DNA of 64,000 nucleotides from the human T2T-CHM13v2.0 reference genome, Homo sapiens (GCF_009914755.1 NC_060929.1), one strand, 5' to 3'. Shown: positions 12,816 to 30,120, counted from the stretch's first letter. The notes: generated by a model not told the origin, from the letters alone. Translations and numbers: made by a program.

Positions 12816-15800
12816 TTCCTAGGATTCTGGTTTCCTAGGATTGGTTCTCTATTATGAGAACAAAGTGATTCAAATATTGATTATATTTGAAACCGATAAC
12901 TCTTTTCAGTGGTAAAGAGGGCACTCATCCTGTGGCATTAGGTGGCAATCATTGGATACTCCTAAGCAAATGCTTCTAAAAGGCAATGTTCTGGGATATT
13001 TATATCAAACTAATGAGTATAATGAAGATAGCTGGTTTCTTCTAATTTGATAGAGAAAGCATGGAAAGAAAAGAATGAGATCAAGGCTTTAAATTCCAAG
13101 CTCTGTCTCCACATTAATGACCTGAAAGCTTCTTTGTCTGCCCTGAAAAAAAAAAAAAATCTCCTATAGCTACTGGGTTGAATGTTTGTGAAAATCAAAC
13201 CCAGTCTCCTCCTGAGACTGAATTACGGTGCAATTTAATTCTCCACCTTGCAAGGTATTTTCTGCTAAAGTCAAGGCAATGATCAGGAAAGGAGATCCTA
13301 AAAACTGAGATAGGGACATATGGGCAGATCCTATGAATCTGGGGCTATTGAACCCCTAACTTCTGTTGAATCTTCTTTATCAGTAGAAGCAACTTTTCTA
13401 CACCCATCTGGAGAAGTTAATCTCTTTTGCATGAGAAACTGTACAGTCTCTTTCTGAGTTATTTTGCTGAAAGATACTGTTTTAGCATCCCTCTTTATTT
13501 TTAGATTCAAAAATAGACTCGAGCTCCAGAAAGTGTCAAAGGTTACCCATAAGAAGGTTCACTATACACCAAAAGAACAATATGTATGACAAAAATCTGG
13601 GGTACATGTGTAGAAGAGTATGTGAGGTAATGGTGAAAGGTATGTAAAGTTTGATTAGATTGAATTTATTGATATGAGGCCACTAGACAGAGATTCTTGA
13701 TTCATCGTTGTAGCCCAATAGGTTAAAGGGGCTCTGTTTGGTTAATTGAATTAAACATGGATGAAAGGGTGGACTACACTAAATAAAAATATAATACCAG
13801 ATCTGTCTTGGTACCCTGAAAAGTATCAAACAGCTTAGGGAAATGAAGATGTAAGGACTGCTAACCCAGTGCAGGAAGGAAACAGAACGAGAGGACACAT
13901 TTTTTTCACCATGACTGTGAGAAACAAATTTGCAAGGGGCTTCCCAGCACCACCAGAGGCTCTGTGTTTGTTCTCCTTCATGGGTCAGAAATTATGATGC
14001 CCTTGAAGTGAGATTCCCTAAATATAATGGAGTTAATTGCATCTTGGGGTGGCTGGGGTCAAGTGGTAGCACTTAAGCACCAAAATCAAGGTAGGCATGG
14101 TTACCATGAGGAATAGTAGAGTCAAAGCAATAATTAGAATAATCTGATTCATGGAGACCTAGAGCATTAGCTAATTAATCATGGCATCCCTAAAAGAAAA
14201 GAAGATGAGCAGTTTACAAAATTGTTACTTGATCAGTACAAGCAAAGGAGTCCTAAATAGATTAAACAAAAGTATAACTTCAATTACAAAAACACAGACC
14301 TCAGACAGTTTATGGACACAGAAGCCCTGGAAACAAGAGGAGGCAAAGTACCTTGGGAAAAGACCCCACTACACTACCAGAAATATATACTGTTAATCTT
14401 TCTCCAGCTTTCTCCAAAGGAACCTACAGCTTTTTACTAGTGTGGCTAGGCATTGGGGAAATAAAAATAATTATATTTTTCAGAGACTGCTGAACATTGG
14501 ACCTTGAAATTAGACCCTAATTCCAAGGGTCTAATTCCCCAAACTGATTGTGATTATTTCCCCAGATTTGAAATGCATAATTGGAATAGATATACTCGGT
14601 ATTGGCAGAATAATCATGCTGCTTCTCTGAAGTGTGGAGTGTAAGCTAGCATGGTTGGAAAGTCCAGGTGGAAGTCACTAAAATGACCTGTATCTGGCAA
14701 AACAGAAAACCAAAGCAATATTGCACTCTACAGAGATTTCAAAGACTAATGCCACAATTATGGACTTAAAGATTGCAAGGGTGGTGATTCCCATCACATC
14801 CCTATTCAACTTGCATTTTTGACCTGTGCAGAAAACACGTGGATCTTGGAGAATGATAGATGTCATAAACATAACCACACAGGAAACTCTAATTGCAGCT
14901 GCTCTTCCAGATAATAGTTTCATTGCTTGAGCAAATTAGCACAATCCCTGATACCTGATATGCAACTATTGATCTGGCAAATTTTTCTTGACACCCGTTA
15001 GTCAAGTCCATCAAAGACAGTTTGCTTTTATCTAACAAGGTCAGCAATACACCTTCACTCTCTAACCTCAAGGATACATCAATGCTCCAGCCCTGTGACA
15101 CCATTTAGTCTGCATGAAACTTATTCACATTTCTCTTCCACAACAAACCACACTTGTCCGTTGCGTTGCCTATGGCCAATGGTTTGGCTAGATCATCATG
15201 GACTTGCAAGGAACATAACTTAAAAATTGGTGGCAAGAAGTTCTGGGGAAGAGGTATGTTATAAGACCTATCTGAATGGGCAAAACATAAATATATTTGT
15301 GTCCTATGTAAATGCTCACTTAAGGGTGACCTCAGCAGACAAGAACTTTAATAATCAAGTGGAGAAGTTGGCCTGTTCTGTGGATAACAGCCAGGTTCCT
15401 TCCTCAGCCAACCCTGTCATTTGCCTAATGGTTTCATAAACACAGTGGCCATGGTAGCAGGGATGGAGTTTATGTATGGGCATATCAAACTGGACTTCCA
15501 CTCACCAAGTTGACCTGGATACTGCCACTGCAGAGTACTCAGTCAGCCAGTGACAGAGAACAACATTGATTGCCTGATTAGCATCATTCCTCAGGGTAAA
15601 CTAGTCAGCTATCCAGGTAGCAGACTGATTACATTGGACCAATTCCATTATGAAAGAGATAGAGCTTTATTCTTACTCAAAAAGCCACTTACTCTGGATT
15701 TGACTTGCTTTCCCTTCATGCAATGCTTCCACCAAAGCTACCATCCATGCACTTACAAAATGCTTTATCTACTGATGTGGAATTCTACACAGCATTGACT

Positions 15801-16700
15801 CTGACAAAGAAACTCACTTAACTGCAAATAAACTGCAGCATGAGTGCATAATTATGGAATTTGTCGTCTTACCATGTTCCCCACCATCCTAAAGTGGCTG
15901 ACTTAATGAAACAGTGAAGCATTTTTTTTTTTACTTTTTTTCATTTTATTTACTTATTTATTTTTTTATTATACTTTAAGTTTTAGGTACATGTGCACAA
16001 CGTGCAGGTTTGTTGTATATCTATACATGTGCCATGTTGGTGTGCTGCACCCATTAACACGTCATTTACATTAGGTATATCTCCTAAAGCTATCCCTCCC
16101 TGAAGAATTTTTAAAAGACACAGTTACAGCTACAGGTGGTGGAAATACATTGCAAGCCTGGGGCAGTGTTCTCCAGGAGACTATATATGTGCTTAATCAC
16201 ATCTAATATATGATGTTTCTTCTCCCATAGCAAGGATTCATGGGTTCAGGTATCAAGGGGTAGAAATGGCAGCATCACCACTCACTATTTCCCCTAGTGA
16301 TCCACTATCAATATTTTTGCTTCCTGTTCCTGCAGCCTTATGCTCTTTCAGACTAGGATTTTAGTTCCAAAGGAAGGAATGTTTCCACCAAGAGACACAA
16401 AAATAATTCTATTAAACAGAAAAGTAAGAATGCAATCCAGCCACTTTTGGTTCCCCATGCCTCTGAATCAAATGGCAAAGAAAGAAGTTACTGTACTGAT
16501 TGAAATTGGTGATCCTGATTATGAAGTTGAAATTGTGTTGCTCCTACACATTGGAGGTAGAAAAAGAGTTAGTTTGCATTATAGAAGATCTCTTAGGGCA
16601 TCTCTAAGTATTAATATGCCCTGTGATTAAAATTAATGAAAAACTGCAACAACCCAATTTAAGAAGGATAACTAATGGTTCATTCCCTACTTTCTCTTCT
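12816..16700 (+). mobile_element. HERV-L/ERVL internal region (degenerate gag, RT, RNase H, integrase, dUTPase)
   Basis: RT remnants catcacatccctattcaac...gtgcagaaaacacgtggatcttggagaatga and YATIDLAN; RNase H FVSYVNAHLRVTSAD..FNNQVEK; dUTPase-like ORF 16340-16630. Confidence 0.85.
15921..16100 (-). mobile_element. Short 5'-truncated young L1PA 3' end
   Basis: ttattatactttaagttttaggtacatgtgcacaacgtgcagg...; TSD tgaagcattttt/tgaagaattttt. Confidence 0.9.
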
Positions 16701-16816
16701 GGTAAGAATTTTAAATGGTACAGCCACTTTAGGAAAAGTATGTCAATTTTTTAAAAAGTTAAACAATATGATTCAGCCACTGCACTTCTAGTTGCTAACC
16801 CAGAGAAAAGAATGTA

Positions 16817-17102
16817 GGACAGGCATAGTAGCTCATGTCTGTAATCCCAGCACTTTGAAAGGCCAAGGTGGGAGGATCACCTTAGGCCAGAAGTTTGAGG
16901 TCAGCCTGGGCAACATAGTGAGATACCGACTCTACAAAAAATAAATTAGCTGGGATTGGTGGTGCACATCTGTAGTTCCAGCTACTCAAGAGGCTGAGGT
17001 AAGAGGATTGCTTTAGCCCAAGTTTGAGGCTGCAGTGAGCCATGATTGTGCCAGTGCACTCTAGCCTGGGCAACAGAACAAGTGCTTGCCTCAAAAAAAA
17101 AA
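16817..17102 (+). mobile_element. AluJ-like
   Basis: Diverged Alu with J-type aggattgctttagcccaag...gaggctgcagtgagccatgat. Confidence 0.9.
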
Positions 17103-17104
17103 TA

Positions 17105-17430
17105 TGAAAGAAAAAAGAAGGAAAGAAGGGACGGAGGGAGAGAGGAAGGGAAGGAAGGAAGGAAGGAAGGAAGGAGAGAGAGAAAGAAAAAGAAAGAAGA
17201 AAGAAAAAGAGAGAGAAAGAAAGAAAGAGAGAAAGGGAGAAAGAGAAGAGAAAGAGAAAGAAAGAAAAGAAAGAAAGAAAAAGAGAGAGAAAGAAAGAAA
17301 GAGAGAAAGGGAGAAAGAGAAGAGAAAGAGAAAGAAAGAAAAGAAAGAAAGAAAGAGAAAGAAAGAAAGAGAAAGAAAGAGAGAAAGAAAAGAAGGAAGG
17401 AAGGAAAGAAGGAAGGAAGGAAGAGAAAGT
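17105..17430 (+). repeat. (GAAA/GGAA/GA)n polypurine tract
   Basis: About 325 bp of almost pure A/G expanded from the Alu tail. Confidence 0.95.
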
Positions 17431-17627
17431 AAGTTATAACAGACTTGTACACAAAACGGTCATAGCAGGTTTATTTGTAATAGTCCCAAACTGAAAATAA
17501 CCCAAATGTCTATCAACAGAAAACTAAATAAACACATTTTAGTAACGAATACAACAGAATACTAGCAAGCAATAAAAATAAATAAATAACTCATAAACAC
17601 AATATGAATGAATCTTTAAATAATAAT

Positions 17628-18034
17628 TGATATTCTTTGGATGTTTGCCCCCTCCAAATCTCATTGAAATGTGACCTCCAAAGTTGGAGGTGGGCCTAGT
17701 GAGAGGTGTTTGAGTCTTGGGATCAGATACCTCATGGACAGCTTGGTGCTGTCACCATGGTAGTGAATTCACACAAGAGCTGGTTATTTAAAAGAGCTTA
17801 GCACCTCCACCCACTCTTTCTAGCTCCCTCTCTCATCATGTGACTAGCCAGCTCCCCCTTTGTCTTCTGCTATGACAGTAAACTTCCTGAGGCCTCACCA
17901 GAAGCTGAGCAGATGCTGGTGCCATGCTTGTACAGCCTGCAGAACTGTGAGTCAAATAAACCTCTTTTCTTTATAAATTATGCTGCCTCAGGCAATAGAC
18001 ATTATGTTATAGCAATGTGAAATGAACTAATACA
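17628..18034 (+). mobile_element. MSTB-like solo LTR inside an L1ME fragment
   Basis: tgatattctttggatgtttg...aatgaactaataca; TSD ataat/ataac. Confidence 0.82.
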
Positions 18035-18304
18035 ATAACGTTAATTAAAACAAGGCAAAATAAAAGAATACATACCTTATAATCCCATTTACATAAAATT
18101 TAAAAGATACAAACTAACTCATAGTGATATATTAGTGACTAACTAGCAATGGGAGCTGGAAGGTGGGATGACACATAGTGGGGATTGCAAAGGGACAAAA
18201 GAAATTTTCTTGGAATGATGGAAATATTCATATCCTAATTATGTTGATGGATTCACAAGTATATACATATGTTCAAACATCAAATTGTACATATGTTTCA
18301 ATTT

Positions 18305-20355
<2,051 letters not shown>

Positions 20356-21614
20356 CACTGTGCCCAGCTTCAAATTGTATACTTTACATATATGCAGTTT
20401 ATTATTTACAAGTCAATATTACTTCGTAAAATGCTTTAAAAATGAAGAAAAGGAAGTTCAATCTGTGGCCATGAGGAAGTAATAGAGCAGATTTACCTTC
20501 CTACTTTAAACAACTAAAAATAAAGAAGACAGAATCTATGAAAAAAAAATTGTTTCTAAATACTGGACACCAGTCAGTGCAGAACATTTATTACTGACTG
20601 GATAACATTTTCATAATAGAGCTCATGGAGAAGGTAGCCACATCTGGCCAGGCCTTCTCCCTAAATGGAGGAGAATGGATTCAGATTTCAGAGAAAACAA
20701 GGCAGACAGAATTCACAAAACAATACCAGAGGGGAGAGAGCTGCAGAGAGAAAAGTCAAGTTGGGATCTTCCAGAGAACAGCTCAGTACATATATGTCAG
20801 AACACTACCATGGCCAGGAATGACTACCAGAAATAATCAAGTAGAATAATACCCAGACATCATACAAGGCCTCTCTCCAAATCCCTACTCATCTTTGATT
20901 CAACTCTTGATATTTAGTAAAGATCTAAAGATAAGCTTTCCAAGCAGCTGGAAAAAGTATGCCATTTTGATCATTATCTGTCTAACTCCTGTCATTATCT
21001 ATCCATGGGTTCTGATATTCAGAAGAAAGACAATTTTACTTTATTAAGTTCCATAAATCTTAACAATATGAAATTTACTTTACCTTTTATGACAGATAAA
21101 GATGTTGTACATTTCACTCCTCAGGGCTATGGTGAACACCACTTATAAAGAGAAAAGCCCAGTGGCTGAATTAGAAATCTGAATTGAAATCAGGGATTTC
21201 CTTATATTAGCTATTGATCTGCTCTCCTACCTAGTTACTAAAAAAAGTCAAAACTGACCTGCTGGTCAGGATGAGAATTTTCTGGTCAGGAGAAGAAAAT
21301 CACTGGCCTGAGTGTTTGGAGTCAGCCCATGAAGATCACTGATGTAACTTGGGCAGTCACCCAAAAACAATGAAGACCTGTTGCTTGGAGAAAAGTATAC
21401 CAGGTAGATGGTGAGGTACAGAAAACTGTCTTAAAGAAAGAAAGAAAGAAAAAGAGGCCTTCTGGTTCCAAAATGGCATCATAGAATCAAGCTAGCTTCA
21501 CTCTGCAATTACAGAAAACCAAAAATAAATATACAATGCTGAGATTATCACCAGCAATATCCCAGAACTCAAATATGAGAATGAGACAGTTCCAAGGGCC
21601 ACAGAAGAGTGGCC

Positions 21615-23420
21615 CTTGTTGAATGATTTTGACCAAAATGCTGATAGTGATATGGACAATGAAGTCCAGGCTGAGGTGGTCTCAGATGGAAATGACGAAC
21701 TTATTGGGAACTGAAAAAAGGTCACTCTTTCTATGCTTTAGCAGAGAAACTGGTGGCACTGTGACCTTGCTCTAGAGATCTGTGAAACTTTGAACTTGAG
21801 AGAGATGATTAGGATATCTGGCTGAAGAAATTTCTAAGCAGCAAAGCATTCAAGACATGGTCTGGCTGCTTCTAAAAGCCCATGTTCATTTGCATAAGAA
21901 AAGAGAACTTATATTTCACTGGGAAATATAGCATAAACATTTGAAAAATTTGCCACCTGACCATGTGGTAGAAAAGAAAAACCCATTTTCTGGGGTGAAA
22001 TTCAAGCAGCTACCTGCAGAAGTTTGCATAAGTAAAGAGGAGCCAAATGTTAGTAACAAAGACAATGGAGAAAATATCTCTAGGGCATGCCAGAGAGTTC
22101 ATGGCAGCCCCTACAATCACAGGCCCAGAGGCCTAGGAGGGGAAAATGGTTTTGTGGGCTAGGCCCAGGACCCCACTGCTCTGTTCAGCCTTGGGGCATG
22201 GCACCCCTAGCTGTTCCAGCTCCAGCCACAGCTAAAAGAGGCCCAGGTACAGCTAAGTCATTGTTTCAGAGGGTACAAGCCCCAAGACTTGGTGGTTTCC
22301 ATGTGGAGTTAGGCCTACACATGTGCAGAAGGCAAGAGTTGAGATTTGGAAGCCTCCACCTAGTTTTCAGAGGATATATGAAAATGCCTTCATGTCCAGG
22401 TAGAAGTCTGCTGCAGGGGTGGAGCCCTCATGGAGAACCTCTACTAGGGCAGTGCAGAGGAGAAATGTGGGGCTGAAGCCCTCACACAAAGTCCCCACTG
22501 GGGCATTGCCTAGTGGAGCTGTCCTCCAGAAACCAGAATTGTAGAACCATCCTCCTGGAAAAGCTGCAGGCACTCAACAACAGATCATTAAAGCAGCCAT
22601 AGGGGCTATACCTTGCAGAGCCACAGGGGCAGAGCTACCCAAGGCCTTGCAAGCCCACACCTTGCATCAGCATGTCCTGGATGTGAGACATGGAATCAAA
22701 GGAAATTATTTTGGCGCTTTAAGATTTAATGGCTTCCCTGCTGGGTTTCAGACTTGCATGGGGCCTATAGCCCCTTTGTTTAGGACAATTTCTCCCATTT
22801 GGAATGGGAATATTTACCTAATGCCTATCCTCTCATGGTATCTTGGAAGTAACTGAATTGTTTTAGATTTAAAAGGCTCATAGGCAGAAGGTACTCGTCT
22901 TGCTTCAGATGAGACTTTGGACTTGTACTTTTGAATTAAGGCTGGAATGAGTTAAGATTTTGAGGACTGTTGAAATGGCACGGTTTTGTTTTGAGTTGTA
23001 AGAAGGACATGAGATTTGGAAGGGGCCAGGGGCGGAATGACATGGCTTGGCTTTGTGTTCCCACCCAACCTCATCTCAAGTTGTGATCCTTAGTGAAGGA
23101 GGAGAGGCCTGCTGAGAGGTGATTGGATCATGTGTGCAGATTTCCCCTTGCTCTTCTTTTGACAGTGATTGAGTTCTCATGAGATCTGGATGTTTGAAAA
23201 TGTGTAGCACCTCCTCCCTTGCCTTCTCTCTCTCCTGCTCCACCCTGGTAAGATGTGCTTGCTTTCCCTTCACCTTCTGCCACAATTGTAAGTTTCCTGA
23301 GGCCTCCCAGCCATGCTTCCTATACATCGTGTGGAACTGTGAGTCAATTACACCTCTTTTCTTCATAAATTACGCAGTCTCAGGCAGTTCTATATAGTAA
23401 TGTGAAAACAGATTAATACA
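21615..23420 (+). mobile_element. MST-int plus MSTA-like 3' LTR (23038-23420); 5' LTR missing
   Basis: gaccaaaatgctgatagtgatatggacaatgaagtccaggctgagg; polypurine tract aggggccaggggcggaa then TGA...ataca. Confidence 0.85.
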
Positions 23421-24568
23421 CCAGACTAAAAAATAAAAAGAGAAGATCCAAAAAAAAAATCAGAAACAGAAAAAAAGATATAACAACAGAGACCACAGAA
23501 ATACAAAGAAGCATTAAAAGTCTCTATATTATTACAAACAACAATATGCCAACAAATTGGAAAAACTAGAAGAAAAGTATAAATTCCAAGGCACGTAAAA
23601 CCTACCATGACTGAGCAATCAAGAAATAGAAAACCTCAACAAACTTATCATGAGGAATGAAATCAAAGCCATAATAGAGTCTCTCATTAAAGAAAAGCCC
23701 AAAACCTGATGAATTCACTGATGAATTCTATCAAACATCCAAATAATGAAACCAATTCTACTCAAAGACTTCAAAACAATTAAAGATCAGGGGCTATTTT
23801 CAAACTCATTCTATAGGGCCAGCCATACTCTGATACCAAAATCAGACAAGGGCATAATAAGAAGAAAAAACACTATAGGCCAATATAACTGATGAAGATA
23901 GATGCAAAAATCCTCAACAAAATACTAGCAAAACAAATTCAACAACACATTAAAAAGATCATTCACCATGATCAAGTGGGATTCATCCCAGGGATGCAAG
24001 AGTAGTTCAACATATGCAAATCAACAAACATGATACATCACATAAACAGAACCAAGAACAAAAACCATATGATAATTTCAATAGATGCATAAAAGCATTC
24101 AGTAAAATTCAACACCTTTTTATGATTTAAAAAAAAACCCTCAACAAACTAGGTATAGAAGGAACATACCTCAAAATCATAAAGGCTATATATGACACAC
24201 CACAACTAAAATCATATCGAATAGCAAAAAACTGAAAGCCTTTCCTCTAAGATCTGAAATAAGACAAGGATGCCCACTTTCACTACTTTTATTCAACATC
24301 ATAGTGGAAGTTCTGGACAGAGAAGTTAGGCAAGAGAAATAAATAAAGACATCCAAATTGGAAAGGAGGTAGTCAAATTAGCCTTTTTCACAGAAGACAT
24401 GATTTTATACTTAAAAAACCTAGAGACCCTAGCAAAAAACTATTAGAATTCATAAGCAAATTCAGTAAAGTTGCATGATAAAAAATCAAAGTACAAAAAC
24501 CAGTAGCATTTCCATATGCCAACAGCAAACAACCTGAAAAAGAAAGCAATAAAGAAATTCCATTTATA

Positions 24569-25363
<795 letters not shown>

Positions 25364-28300
25364 AAAGAAATTCCATTTATAATAGCTACAAAAAATATAA
25401 AATACCTAGAAATCAATTTAACAAAAGATGTAAAAGATATATATGGAAAACTATAAAACTCCACTGAAAGAAACTGAAGAGGTCACAATAAATAGAAAGC
25501 TATTCCTTGTTCATGGACTAGAAGAATAAATATTGTTAAAATGCCAATACTACCCAAAGCAAACGTACAAATTCAATGCAATTATTATCAAAATATCAAT
25601 GACATTATTCACAGAAATAGAAAAAAATTATAAAATGTATATGGAACCATAAAAGATCCTGAGTAACCAAAGCAATCCTGAGCAAAAAGATGAAAGCCAG
25701 AGGCATCAAACTACATGACTTCAAAATATACTGCAAACGTATAGTAACCAAATCAGCACGGTACTGGCATGAAAACAGACACATAGACCAATGGAACAGA
25801 AGAGCCCAGATAAAAACCTACACATGTATAGCAACCTTATCTTCAACAAAGAGGCCAAGAACATATAATGAGGAAAGGACAGTCTTTACAATAAATGGTG
25901 CTGGAGAATCTGTAAAACTGGATATACGCAAAGAACAAAACCAAGCCACTGTCTCTCACCATACAAAAAAATAAGGTCAGAGTGGATTTAAAACTTAATT
26001 CTAAGACTTAAAACTATGAAACTACTAGAAGAAGACATTGAGGAACTATTCCAAGACATTGGTCTCAGCAAAGACTTTTTTAGTTAGACATCAAAAGTAC
26101 AGGCAATCAAAGCAAAAATAGACAAATGGGATTACATCAAGCCAAAAAGCTTCTGCACAGCAAAGGAAACAGTCAACAAAATGAAAAGACAACCCAAAGA
26201 ATGGAGAAAATAATTGCAAACTATTCTTTTCACAATGGATTAATAACCAGAATATATAAACAGCTCAAACAACTTAATAGCAAATAAATAGTTAAAAATG
26301 GGAAAAAGATCTGAATAGACATTTCTCAAAATAACCAACAGATACATAAGAAAATGTTCACCATTATTTATCCTCAGAAAAATGCAAATCAAAATCACAA
26401 TGTGATATCATCTCATCACAGTTAAAATGGCTTTTATCTGAAAAACGGAATAATGAATGCTGACACGAAAGTCAAGAAAGGGGAACCCTCATACACTGTA
26501 AATTAGTACAGCTGCTATGGAAAACTCTATCAAGATTCCTCAAAAAACTAAAGACAGAACTACCATATGATGCAGCAATTCCACTACTAGATATATAATC
26601 CAAAAGAAAAAAAGTCAATATATCGAAGAGATAGCTTCATTCCCATGTTTATTGCAGCACTGTTTACAATAACCAAAGTAAAGCAATCAACCTTAGTGCA
26701 CATCAGTGGACAATGCATAAAGAAAATGTGATTTAAATCCACAATGAAATATTATTCAGCTATAGAAAATAATGAAATTGTGTCATTTACAGCAACATGT
26801 ATTGAATTAGAGGCCATTATATTAAGTGAAATAAGCCAAGCATAGAAAGAAAAATATCCAATGTTCTCACCCATATGCAGTAGCTTACAAAAGAGGATCT
26901 TATGAAAGTAGAGAGTAGATTGGTGATTACTAGAGACCGGAAATGGTAGTGGACAGGGGATATGGATAGAGGTTGATTAATGAGTACATATCTATAGCTT
27001 TACAGAAGAAATAAGATCTAGTGTTTGATAGATCAGTAGGGTGACTATAGTTTACAATAATCTATTGTATGTTTCAAAGTAGCTAGAAGAGAATAGTTTG
27101 AATGTTTCTAGAATAAAGAAAAAACAAATATTTAAGGTCATGCATATCCCAATTACACTGATTTGATCCTTACAAATTATATAAATGTATTATCACATGC
27201 ACCCTGAAAATATGTACATCTATTATGCAGCAATAAAAATGTATAAATTTTTTAAAAAGGAAAAAGAGTCAGAACCTCAAATAATTATGTTCTCCTTTAG
27301 GCTGCTATCCTATACGTGAGATTTCAGTTATGAGTTGGAAAAATACTGCGCGTGAGCACAAAAAACCTACACTTCTTCAGTATCCCTGAAGTCATTTATT
27401 TATTAAAGTTTTAAATAAGGAAGTGATGGAAACATGTAGTTAACAAATGTACAAGTATTTCAATACACTGATTTGGCTATCAGACTATCAAAAACAACCC
27501 AATCAAGTGCTTTTCCTACTTTCAGAGCTCTACCCAAATACTACTGCAAACTAGAAGGAAGAATATTTCATCTCAACCGCAGAAATGTCCAAAGATTGAG
27601 GAATACTGAAAGAAACTCTAGAACACTTGAACCCCAACACTTGAACCCAAAGATAAAGCTGAACAGATTCATGAATCCACAGAATCATTTGTAGATTTTG
27701 GTGTGCATGGTCTGTTAAAGTAGTGGGTCTATAGCTTTCAGCAGTTTGTCAAAAGCTATTGGAACCACCAAAATAAGATGACCATATATTACTGCTGAGA
27801 AATCAGACACTATAAGGCAGATACAAAGGAAAATGTATAAAAAGGATATTCAGTGAACATTCCAAAACTCAATCTAGAAGGTGATCAAAAGTGCATTAAA
27901 ACTATCTAAACATTAACAAGGCCTGAAGTTTACCTTCAGAATTTTATAATGACTCAGACTTTTTCTCCCAAGATGGTTAATTTTTGATGTTGTTCAAAGC
28001 TTCAGAAACCCTCAGATTGAGAAACCCAGAGCCTGAAGACCCAGATTCGCCCAACTCTGTTATTAATTTTTCATTTGACATTAAACAAATTTTTTCAGTT
28101 CCCTGGACCTCCGTCTCCTTGTCTGTCAACAGGAATTTATGAGTTTCATTTTAGTTACAATTCTTTGGAGGAAATGAATCAATTAAAAACTTCTGACATC
28201 ATTATGTACAACTTATGCATAGCTACAAATTTTTCAAGCATATGAGGTCGTGTTAATCATATATTCTCATCTTAGTTAATAATTAAGAGGCTCCCTGGGA

Positions 28301-28720
28301 AATCTTTCATAAATTTCAAGTCTCTCAAGAATAGAAAGTAACCTGTGGGATAAGAAGAACTTCTATACTTACATAATAAAAGCCTGAAATATGGCTAAAC
28401 ATTTCTGTTCAAAAAAACTTTAAGCCATACCATTGTGTAGTATTCCTCAAAATAATTAATAATAATGTGTGGAGAGTTGTCTAGAATAGAATGACACCCA
28501 GGTAAGTGGTAAAATACAGAAGTATGTTATGTGAAGTCTTAGTCTACAGACCCAATAAGAATTCCAATACTTAACATGAACACACATCCACACACACATT
28601 TATTCATCCCGAAATAAGACTAGATTCAAAGAAGTTTTTACTATGCAGCTGTATAAAAAATATATTATCACTTTTTGCTTAGAGTAAAAGAATATAAAAA
28701 TTAGTTTTTAAAAAAGATAC

Positions 28721-28822
28721 CTGGGATCAAAAACTTTCCACTCTGATGAAGCATAGTCACATTATGACCATGCTCTTGAAGAATCTGAGACACCCGGTCC
28801 AACAGTAGGTAATGGCTTCCAC
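28721..28822 (-). CDS. UGT3A1: UGT3A1 exon 2 (GSHYLLLDRVSQILQEHGHNVTMLHQSGKFLIP)
   Basis: Acceptor TTTCTAG|, donor CAG|GTATC; 102 nt; contains the UGT GSH motif (catalytic His35) and GHNVT motif; phase fits exon 1. Confidence 0.96.
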
Positions 28823-30120
28823 CTAGAAACAATGCACAATGTCTTTTGTAAAGATGAAAATAGAGTTTCTGATGACAATATGGGAGTAGGCAGGAGGGAA
28901 TGGAAATTCAGCAGAAAAAGCATAGGGAAGAGGAAATGTGAACAGTGAGAAGATGGAGATAAGCGCTTCCTGTTCCTCAATCTCACTTTGGGTAATGCCC
29001 AGTACATGCACCCAAAGCCTTCCTGTCCTATGTTCGGGACCTGTGGCAATCCTCCATCAAAGATTTCCGCTTGTGGCTCAAAGACTCCATGTCAGTGTAA
29101 TGAGCTTCTCTGTGATTATGCCTGTAAAAGTTGCTCATCTTAAGGTATGTGCTGCATGTTACTTGGGGCCTTAGAGAGATATTGTCTCCAAAATATAACT
29201 GCAATGATAGAAAATACAGCACAGTAGTGTGTACATTAGTATGAAGGGTTCCTAATGGGCAATCAGTCAGAGCTATCTTTCATCCTATTTTGGAAAAGTA
29301 TGCTACTGTAGGAGACAGAAATACAGAAGTTACAAGGTGAGTCTAAGAAACTGCCATTGGACAGAAGCTACTACTTAGAGCCCAAATCTTTGTGATTAAA
29401 ATGTATTTGGCAGGAAATTACTCAATTTGGGCCAATGTACAACTTATAATTAAGATATTTGAGGACAACTGTGGAGCCCTTGGGGTGGGCCTATAGATCC
29501 TGGTTGCACCAGAAACTAAAGAATCACTGATTCTAGGAAAATCCTACCATGCTAAGGAAAGAGAAGCTTGGTTCTCAAAAGAGGTAAAAGTTTTATCACG
29601 TTAATATCTTCTCTTAGTGCATGTTCCAACACAGACCCTTCACTGGAAGCTAAGGTTCTCAGCAGCAGAAAAAGAAAGATCAGAAGAGAAATTAATGGAA
29701 AAATGCCGAGAGTTTGAGGATGGAGGTGGAAGGGGAGTAGAGAAATAGTGCGCAGCTGTCTGAATGACTCACTCTACTTATACTCAGACTTGAATAGTCT
29801 AAAGCAACAAGGGATGTATAAAGTACAAATCTGCAACGGTCTTGCTCACATTTTAATCCATGTAAGAACAGGGACTCAGGAAGAAGGGGTCCTCACAGAA
29901 ACAGCCATTCATAGTGGGTCTTAAGGACTCAAATGGCTTTCTGGGGCAAAGACCTGGATTCCAGCATCTGGATTCAGAAACGACACCAGCTCCCTCTTGA
30001 AGTCTGAGGAAGGAGGGCTGTGTACTTCCAAGAAGTTAAGAAGCTCTGTTGCTTCACTGCTACTAACACTCAGAAAGCGGGGAAAAGACTTCAAATGAAC
30101 TAACACAGTTTCTTAGTGAT

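Noticed and set aside
16982-17452. Long K/E/R-rich and F/S/L-rich ORFs
   Set aside because: Translations of the (GAAA)n tract; low complexity with no stops by composition
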